From assembly GCA_964359735.1 (NCBI GenBank), contig CAYHTZ010000001.1, positions 1,457-65,456 of the forward strand: a stretch of 64,000 nucleotides of DNA, written 5' to 3'. Shown piece after piece: positions 10,732 through 18,052 of this stretch. The notes under the pieces are model-generated. The model had not been told where the DNA came from. It did not search any database and saw nothing but the letters and a program-made list of their open reading frames with translations. The position numbers and the translations under genes were made by a program. This stretch comes from an uncultured Candidatus Saccharibacteria bacterium (GTDB taxonomy: Bacteria > Patescibacteriota > Andersenbacteria > UBA10190). How positions within the stretch are numbered: position 1 is the stretch's first letter; every line of letters starts with the position of its first letter.

Positions 10732-10750
10732 ATATGGTAGCGTAGCATAC

Positions 10751-10897
10751 ATGGACCAGGCAGCCTGGCAACATCTTGAAAAGCGTTTCTTCCTGGTTGT
10801 GATAATTATTCTCGTGGTTTTTCTTCTATCTGCCATTGGAGAAAACCGGGTACAGCGCGCTGACCCGAATTATCAACCGATTGGCCGGGGCTATTAA
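10751..10897 (+). CDS. Small single-pass membrane protein, 48 aa
   Basis: MDQAAWQHLEKRFFLVVIIILVVFLLSAIGENRVQRADPNYQPIGRGY; fills the gap between genes; TAGCGT 7 nt before ATG. Confidence 0.6.
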   Translation: MDQAAWQHLEKRFFLVVIIILVVFLLSAIGENRVQRADPNYQPIGRGY

Positions 10898-10901
10898 CTG
10901 T

Positions 10902-12524
10902 ATGGCGTCGGACACCCCCCAAGTGCGCCAACTTGTTATCGCTCTTCTTGTTATTGCTGTCTTCCTGCCCAGGCTCACTTCGTTGGGCACCATGCTTACG
11001 GTTGATGAAGGCTTATGGCGCGGCCGTGGTGAACAGTTTATCAAATCATTTGCCTCTGGCCATTTTAACAAAACCTTGGTAGCTGGGCAGCCTGGCGTTA
11101 CTACCGCCTGGCTCGCCGGTCTAAGCCTTCCCTGGCGCTCTCTCGCTTCTGCCCAAGCGGCAATCGCAGTCACATGTGGCGCACTCATTCTTCTAATCAC
11201 GTATTCTTTGAGCCGCCTCTGGGGATTTTGGTGGGGGATGGCCAGCGGATTTCTCCTTGCGCTCGACCCCTTCCTACTCGCTCACAGCCGCCTCGTTCAC
11301 ACCGATGCCCTCTTCGCTCTTTTTTATTTAGCAAGCCTGCTATGGCTGCTCCTTGCCCTTGAGCCGGCCTGGCAAGCAGGACTGCCGAGCCGCCGTCACA
11401 TAGTAATCAGCGGCATTTTGGGGGGACTGGCGTTACTGACCAAAATATTTACGACCATACTTATCCCGACCGTCACCTGTATTTTTCTCTTAGCCGCATG
11501 GCGCAGCCGCAAGCACCTTGGGGAAACTTTCCGATCAGGAATTATCTGGCTCGTCGCCGTCGTACTAACCACACTTGCCCTCTGGCCCGCACTTTGGACC
11601 GCGCCTGACCAAGTGGCCCAGTACTTGACCGGCCGCGCTACATTGCATGTGGCCGAGGGCACCCACGTGGGCGAAACCACCGCCACCTGGTGGTACTACG
11701 GCCGGGAAAGTATTTTCCGCCTGAGCGCCATAACCACTCTTCTTCTCATTCCCGCGGCCATCGCTGCTTTCAAATCTCGAGATCGCATGTGGCGCACCGC
11801 TCTGATTCTGCTCATCAGCGGCATCGCATTTGCAATCGTTCTCAGCTTCAGCAGCGAAAAGAGCGACCGGTATATTTTAATTTCACTGCTTACGCTGGAT
11901 CTCTTTGCGGTAATGGGGCTGAGGAAAATAAATGAATGGGTTAGTTATCTGCAGAGCGAGCGCAGCCGTCCAAATTCTGGCGACTTAGCGCGCGGCGCGG
12001 GACTCCCAAGCTATAGCCCTGCGCAAGCAGGGCGAACAACGCAAGAAAATCGGAGCCAGGATTTGGGGAGGCTGGAAGCGAGCGATGGAGCGAGGAAAAC
12101 GACTGGGTGGGTTGCGCCAACTATCGCAATAACCCTTCTCGCCATCGGTGCGGCGCGAATCCATCCATACTATCTGGCGCATCACAACGCCCTCTACCCC
12201 GTGGAAGAACGTCACAAGTTAGGTTGGGGCGAGGGATTAGAACAAGCTGCGCAGTGGATTAAGAAACAAGGCTACACAGGCAAAATCGCCAGCTATTACG
12301 CCGGGGTGATGAAGTATTGGTATCCCGGCCCCGTCGATCCCTTAAACCACATTGACGGCACGAGCGCACGCTACATTGTTCTCTACCGCTCTATGTTTGA
12401 ACGCGGCCCCGGCCACGTCGACACCGAAATCGTTGCGGAGTACCTCGACAACGCATCCCGCCAACCCGCCCATATTATTTCTATCAACAACCTCCCCTAC
12501 GTTTGGATATTCGAGAGGGAATAA
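10902..12524 (+). CDS. GT-C fold (PMT/ArnT-like) glycosyltransferase with in-frame 128-bp insertion
   Basis: VDEG, GQPGVTT, SRLVHTDA, KSDRY, GWGEGLE; start set by alignment to the 8310 paralogue. Confidence 0.85.
   Translation: MASDTPQVRQLVIALLVIAVFLPRLTSLGTMLTVDEGLWRGRGEQFIKSFASGHFNKTLVAGQPGVTTAWLAGLSLPWRSLASAQAAIAVTCGALILLITYSLSRLWGFWWGMASGFLLALDPFLLAHSRLVHTDALFALFYLASLLWLLLALEPAWQAGLPSRRHIVISGILGGLALLTKIFTTILIPTVTCIFLLAAWRSRKHLGETFRSGIIWLVAVVLTTLALWPALWTAPDQVAQYLTGRATLHVAEGTHVGETTATWWYYGRESIFRLSAITTLLLIPAAIAAFKSRDRMWRTALILLISGIAFAIVLSFSSEKSDRYILISLLTLDLFAVMGLRKINEWVSYLQSERSRPNSGDLARGAGLPSYSPAQAGRTTQENRSQDLGRLEASDGARKTTGWVAPTIAITLLAIGAARIHPYYLAHHNALYPVEERHKLGWGEGLEQAAQWIKKQGYTGKIASYYAGVMKYWYPGPVDPLNHIDGTSARYIVLYRSMFERGPGHVDTEIVAEYLDNASRQPAHIISINNLPYVWIFERE
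11956..12083 (+). repeat. 128-bp structured element, family C copy 2 (in-frame)
   Basis: Near-identical to 4857-4984 with compensatory substitutions. Confidence 0.93.
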
Positions 12525-14891
12525 CTATTTCCTTCGATACAATCGAAATGGCTCTTCGGTGAGGTCATTGGGAACTTCGTCGACGAGTTCAAACTGCTCA
12601 CTCAGGATTTTTTGTCGCTCGGGGAAGTCGTCAAAATAAATTTCGCTGGTGCGCTCGTCGGTGACTACAAAACGGACGTCACGTTCGAGCCAGCGCGTTA
12701 TCTCCTCATCCTCAGCAAAGTAAATCTTGCGCAATTCTGGCGGTATGCCGCCAACCCGCGCTGCGCGGATCCACCCCGGGTGCGAGTATCCTCGAATAAT
12801 TCTGCGCTTGGCTGCAGCTGTCACCACCGGCTGGGCCGTGAATATTTCTTCTTCAGCAGACACATGCTCTTGTAAAAGATACGTCATCTCCTGAACCGAC
12901 TCCGGGGTAACAGTCCCCGAGATCGGGTGGTGAAGAACCACATTCACTCCCTGCCACCAGCTGGCTGCCAAAAGCCCTGCCAACACTCCCTGCGCCAGTG
13001 GCCGCCGAAAAAGCTGGGGGATTCCCTGCGCCAAAGCCACTGCGGCCAGTATCGCCGCTGGGGGGAGAAACTCTACAATGTAACTGGGCCGGAACATGCC
13101 CCACCCGCGGTAGAGAAGTACCAGCGCCGAAAGCCACACCACGCATACCACTGCCCATTTCCATCCTCCCTGCATAACTGTATCAGGAGCACGAGACTGC
13201 AATCGTTGTAAAAGCCACCAGGCTGGGATCCCAAACACAATGGCCAACATAGTAAAGCGCACCAGCGGCAACGAGCCCGGCAAACCATAGCCAATATCAA
13301 CGAGGTGGTAGATAGATACTCCCAAGATGGCCACCCAAACTCCGATGCCAAGCCACCTCAATGCGTCATTTTTAATACGACTCAACAGCAAAAGTGGCAG
13401 CCAAACAATACCAGCCAAGATCCAACCTCCTGCTCGCCACAATACTGTTGACGCTTCTGTTACCCACCGAATAACCGGCTCTACCCCACCCACTCTCTCT
13501 GTTTGAAGCCTGCCTACCGTAACCGCCTCAATATTGAGCATTACCGATACTTTCGCTGCATCCATCAAAAGCAGCGCAATACCGCTTACAAGAGCCATAG
13601 CAATGATTCCTGCTGCTACATACGCCCCTAAGTCCCGCCAGCGGCGTTGTGAAAATAAAAGTAAAAGCACGGCACCAGCTATACCTACGGCCACCGTGCT
13701 CGAGCGCGTAAGATACCCCACTGTCATGAGTAACCCTCCCAAACCGACAAGCCACACGCGATTCTCTTTCGACCCTTTCAGAAGTACAAGAACAGCCACC
13801 ACCGCAAAGAGCGTGCTCACCACTTGCAGGAGCAGCGGCGCTGAAGCGCTCACCACACCAGGGAGAAGCGCCAAGAGTGCCGCGGTTATGACCTGAACAG
13901 AGGCTGTCTGCCCAAACCGACGTGCGAGAAGCGCTGAAAAGCCCACCACTCCCGCCCAAAACAGCGCCGACAAGAGCCGCCAACCCGCCAGCACATCCGG
14001 CGTAATTTCTCGCCATATTTTAAGAAGGACAACATAGATTGGCCCCTTCGTCAGAAAATCTCGAAATGGTAGCAGGTCCGTAGAAGCTTGAAAAGCATCT
14101 TGAAGATAGGCTCCCTCATCAATGATCACGGGCGCATTATGCGAACGCCACACATGAAACACGATTGTTAAAATCATGAGAACTCCTATCCAGACAGATG
14201 CCGGTAATGTATACGTCTGCAACTTTCGCGCAAACACTGCGAAGCTAACCGCGACCACCACAAAAACAGCCAGCGACTGCTTCTCCCAGGGTGTAAGACT
14301 TTGAATCAACTGGTGTCCAACTCGCCGATACGTTCGGTCAATCCCAACTTGTTGAAACGCATAGTTGCCAGTCACCTTATTTCCTACGATGAATGCAGTG
14401 CCTTCGGGAAAAGCAGAGGCATCGAGTTCACGGTACACCCAGTAGGCATTGTGAGGGCCGTGAGGAGCTTCTAAAACCCACAAGAGCTTCGGGCCAGCTT
14501 CATGAATAGGGGGAAAGGTAAACACAAGGTCTTCAGTCTCCGGTTCAGGCTCAAAGATGACTGCCGCACGCACATCATCCCCAAAATACTCCCGTCGGAT
14601 GTGCAGAATCAGCGGCCCCTTTGCGCCCACATTCCTACCTACAGGCACGCGCACCTCTCGCATCCCAGGCAGCGGCACAAATACTTGTCCTACTGACTTC
14701 TCCCGGCCAAAGGTTACCTTCGCCGAATCATTGAAAGGTGCCAAAACTTCTTGCGATTGCTCCTGGGGAGACAGCAAGAACAGCACGGCTAAAACCGCCA
14801 AAACAGCGCCAACCACAACTACCGGGCGGCGCTGCAAAAAATTCACCATCGATATACGTTCACCGCTTCTGCGCATAAATCTCAAATTCAT
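12525..14891 (-). CDS. GT-C fold glycosyltransferase with N-terminal extracytoplasmic domain (start may be ~14849)
   Basis: IDEGAY, TKGP, many TM helices, SHPGW; paralogue of the 30028 gene. Confidence 0.8.
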   Translation of the reverse strand: MNLRFMRRSGERISMVNFLQRRPVVVVGAVLAVLAVLFLLSPQEQSQEVLAPFNDSAKVTFGREKSVGQVFVPLPGMREVRVPVGRNVGAKGPLILHIRREYFGDDVRAAVIFEPEPETEDLVFTFPPIHEAGPKLLWVLEAPHGPHNAYWVYRELDASAFPEGTAFIVGNKVTGNYAFQQVGIDRTYRRVGHQLIQSLTPWEKQSLAVFVVVAVSFAVFARKLQTYTLPASVWIGVLMILTIVFHVWRSHNAPVIIDEGAYLQDAFQASTDLLPFRDFLTKGPIYVVLLKIWREITPDVLAGWRLLSALFWAGVVGFSALLARRFGQTASVQVITAALLALLPGVVSASAPLLLQVVSTLFAVVAVLVLLKGSKENRVWLVGLGGLLMTVGYLTRSSTVAVGIAGAVLLLLFSQRRWRDLGAYVAAGIIAMALVSGIALLLMDAAKVSVMLNIEAVTVGRLQTERVGGVEPVIRWVTEASTVLWRAGGWILAGIVWLPLLLLSRIKNDALRWLGIGVWVAILGVSIYHLVDIGYGLPGSLPLVRFTMLAIVFGIPAWWLLQRLQSRAPDTVMQGGWKWAVVCVVWLSALVLLYRGWGMFRPSYIVEFLPPAAILAAVALAQGIPQLFRRPLAQGVLAGLLAASWWQGVNVVLHHPISGTVTPESVQEMTYLLQEHVSAEEEIFTAQPVVTAAAKRRIIRGYSHPGWIRAARVGGIPPELRKIYFAEDEEITRWLERDVRFVVTDERTSEIYFDDFPERQKILSEQFELVDEVPNDLTEEPFRLYRRK

Positions 14892-15759
14892 CGCCGAGGT
14901 TCACGGGTACTACGAACCCAGAACTCGATTGAGTCTTCGCTCTTAACTGCACGCCTAGCTGTGCCAAAAACCGGGCCCAAACATATTGCCAACCCAAATA
15001 ACGCGTATGCCGGTGTACGTGCTCCACTGTAAAGCCAGCCTGTTCCAATAGCCGCGTCAAAGACTCCCGCGTAAAATAATGAAGATGAGCTGGGAAAATA
15101 CAGTACCAGTTTTTTCCCATGAGACGTGCCAGCGGGCTGTCGAACCAGGGTGTCGTTATCACCAGCCATCCATCTGTCTTAAGTGCCTGGGCACCCGCTC
15201 TTAAAAACTCAATCGGTGACACCAAGTGCTCAATGACATCAAAGGCGCAGACCACGTCAAGAGACTGAGCCGGCCAGGTGAGGAGTTTCTTATAGTCGCC
15301 TTGCTCAATATCTAGGCCTAACTGTTCTCGTCCAAAAGTTGCCGCCCAGTTGGCCACTTCCAAACCCTTCACGGTCCAGCCCCGCGCCTCCGCCTCTGCC
15401 AGAAAAAACCCTGGTCCGCTGCCGACATCAGCTAACGCGCCTCGCGCGGGAGCGAGTGCCTCAATGCGGTACAAGACCTGACGGGCTGTTTTGCGCCGGC
15501 CCACTGACGTTGTAACATAGGACTCGTCTTGCTCCGCCGCCCGATACCAGGCCAGAATCGTGGCTTCGTCGGGAACGTGCGGCGTAAATCCATGACCGCA
15601 CCGCTGACACCGTACTACCGTCAAATGTTCCTTAGCATCGCCGGCCGCTACTTTATATGAAGATGGTCTACGAAAAAAGTCATCTGCCGGAACGGCACCG
15701 GGTTTAAATAGCTCTGTTTTTCCACCGCACACTGGACACACTTCATCTCGCTGCACCAT
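14860..15759 (-). CDS. Class I SAM methyltransferase (paralogue of 2832..3770)
   Basis: CPVCG, CQRCG, DVGSGPG, FDVIEH, HLHYFT. Confidence 0.88.
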   Translation of the reverse strand: MVQRDEVCPVCGGKTELFKPGAVPADDFFRRPSSYKVAAGDAKEHLTVVRCQRCGHGFTPHVPDEATILAWYRAAEQDESYVTTSVGRRKTARQVLYRIEALAPARGALADVGSGPGFFLAEAEARGWTVKGLEVANWAATFGREQLGLDIEQGDYKKLLTWPAQSLDVVCAFDVIEHLVSPIEFLRAGAQALKTDGWLVITTPWFDSPLARLMGKNWYCIFPAHLHYFTRESLTRLLEQAGFTVEHVHRHTRYLGWQYVWARFLAQLGVQLRAKTQSSSGFVVPVNLGDEFEIYAQKR

Positions 15760-15798
15760 ATAGGCATTTCACCACTATTTGCTATGCTGATCAATATG

Positions 15799-16092
15799 AA
15801 AGTCACCGCGGTGTTGCCGGCCTTTAACGCCGAAAAGACCTTACAGAAAACGTACGACGCCATTCCCAAGGGCCACGTTCACGAAATTATTCTGGTCGAC
15901 GACGCCAGCACGGATAATACGGTGGCACGAGCCCAAACTATTCCCGATTTAATTGTTGTCATACATCAGAAAAACCGCGGGTATGGTGGCAACCAAAAAA
16001 CGTGCTACGACGAAGCCTTACGCCGCGGCGCATCGCTTCGCGCCGGCAGGTACGCTGACAGGCGCGGGGGCCTCCACACGCGAACGTCTTGA
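15799..16092 (+). pseudogene. Truncated GT2 glycosyltransferase (N-terminal part only)
   Basis: MKVTAVLPAFNA, VDDAS, NRGYGGNQKTCY; homology ends at ALRRGA, before the DxD motif seen in the 7541 paralogue. Confidence 0.75.
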
Positions 16093-17330
16093 GTGGGATT
16101 CACGGGCCATGCCCAGAACAAAAGTTCGAGACCTACCACTGCCAGAACTACCTGTGAGAAATAGGGAACTTTCTGCCACCAGCTCCGTGCCATCAGCGCC
16201 CCTGCCCCCAACGCCGCGAGTAGCGACCAACCCACGTGCACGAAGACAATTGCTCGCCCTGGGTTCGCAAAGCGAGCCACGAGCCAAACATGCTCGTGCA
16301 ACCAGCGAAAAATGGGGGAATACTCACCTCCGGCTAAAGCAAATCCGACAACTATCAGAGCAATGGCACTCCTTCCCGCGGATTCCTGCCACGTGCGACG
16401 TCGCATGAGGGCTACTACTCCTAGCATCAACCCTGCAATTCCAAAGTAGGTCATGAGCTCGGGCTCATTTTTGGCCCCGCGATACTGCGCTTGGTGGCCG
16501 AAGATACTCGGCTTAAACCACGTGAGAAGATGTTGCGTGGGATAGCTTACGTCAAAGGCCTCGGGGCCCTCGAGTTCTTGTGCTCTTCGGGAAGAGCCTA
16601 CGAGCTCCGCCGCCGGCAAAATGTGGACCGCCGTCAAACCAAAAAGAATCAGGGGCACTAATAAGAGGCGCCAGCGCATCTTCCATGTGCGCGGCGCAGT
16701 TACCGAAAGCTCACCCACAAGCACAATTATTCCCATAAGCGCCGCGTACACCGCCATTTGAATGTGGCCGGCAAATACGAGCCCGGCGGCGGTGACGCAG
16801 GCCACTGCCACCCGCTTCCAAGAAGGTTGCCGCCAGGCAGAGACAGCCGCCCACATCACCAGCGGAATCCACGTGGCCGGGAAAAAGAGGTGCGGTAATG
16901 TGATCCGCCCAATGAAGTAACCTCCCATCGCAAATATGATCCCGCCGAGTGCCGCCGCCGCGCGAGGTAGCCGATAGAGCGAAAGCCACGCGTACATTCC
17001 GAAGGCGGCTAGCCATAGATGCAGCAAGAGAGAAAAATTAACCGCGAGGACACCGGGCAATACGGCACGCAGCACCACATGTGGCACGTAGAAAAAACTT
17101 TGAAAGGCATTGGCCATGAGCGGGAACCCACCGTGAAATTCCGGTGCCCACAGTGGAATCTCGCCCGCCCGCTGGTAGCGCGCAAAAAGATCTTCCAGCG
17201 CAATTGCCATGTGCCCTAGGTCGAACGTTCCAAAAACTTTTCCCGACACCCACATGGGCACAAACAATAATGCTGGCACTACTACCAGCCACACGAAAGG
17301 AGCCCATGTCTTCACCTGCTTCATTTCCAT
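16005..17330 (-). pseudogene. YfhO-like GT-C membrane protein, C-terminally truncated
   Basis: PLWAPEFHGGFP, YRGAKNEPEL, NPGR match the 957-aa paralogue at 17971; ends just after the last TM helix at the junction with the GT2 fragment. Confidence 0.65.
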
Positions 17331-17376
17331 ACTGTTACTCTATACTCTGCTTACACCCTCATGCTACACTGCCGCC

Positions 17377-17910
17377 ATGACGCGCCCTCAAATTGAGTAT
17401 ACTATTGCCGGCGTCATCGCGATCTTCCTACTCGCCCTCCTACTGAACGCCATCGTTCATGCCCGCGCCGCCGTCAGAGACGATTTACGTAAAACCGACG
17501 TAACGACCCTTAAACGCGGAGCCGAGATATACTACAACCAACATGTGTTTTACCCGACGCCACCCAGCCAAGAGCCTGGCTGCACCGAAGTAGCCGACGA
17601 AGATAGCTGGCTTTTCAGCTCAGCTTCTCTGTTGCTCAGAGAGCAGCATTTAGATGCCATCCCTCACGATGTTCGCGAATCGCGCGGCCACACGTATAGA
17701 TACTGCACGACTCATATCGAATCAGGGAAGACTAACGGATACTTCTTTGAAGCTCAATTGGAAGTAGAACAGCCGGACACCATTGCTCTCGACGAAGACG
17801 AGACGCGGAACTTTACATATCGTATCCTTCACGAAGATGGCAAAATCCTCTACCGCGTCTGCGGCGGAACAGAAAATCAATGTACGCCGCAAGAGAACGC
17901 GGCTGAATAA
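17377..17910 (+). CDS. Type IV pilin/pseudopilin-like protein
   Basis: N-terminal TM helix then RDDLRKTDV..LKRGAEIYY...YP, AIPHD, YRY, Cys pairs; no clear prepilin G|F site; TACACT 6 nt before ATG. Confidence 0.65.
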   Translation: MTRPQIEYTIAGVIAIFLLALLLNAIVHARAAVRDDLRKTDVTTLKRGAEIYYNQHVFYPTPPSQEPGCTEVADEDSWLFSSASLLLREQHLDAIPHDVRESRGHTYRYCTTHIESGKTNGYFFEAQLEVEQPDTIALDEDETRNFTYRILHEDGKILYRVCGGTENQCTPQENAAE

Positions 17911-17913
17911 ACA

Positions 17914-18052
17914 TGAAGCGGGTGGCACAGCGGAAAACCGGCCCGAGGACGAATTGCAGAGGCTCCTATCATGAGTAATTTTAAAAATGACGGAGAAGTG
18001 CAATTCGAACCGCAGGGCCGGAAGGCTGCTGCAGTGACAGGACCCGCCTTCA
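17914..18052. repeat. ~139-nt imperfect long hairpin
   Basis: Nested pairs GCGGGT/ACCCGC, CCGGCCC/GGGCCGG, GAATTGCA/TGCAATTC, CTCC/GGAG, TCAT/ATGA. Confidence 0.8.

Noticed and set aside
4857-12083. Family C copies as a DGR template/variable repeat pair
   Set aside because: Differences include T/C changes and indels and are compensatory rather than adenine-specific; no RT gene is present.
16034-16049. GCTTCGCGCCGGCAGG, resembling a family A half-site near the truncation junction
   Set aside because: It is only a partial match and is antisense to its host gene, so it may be chance; not counted as a copy.
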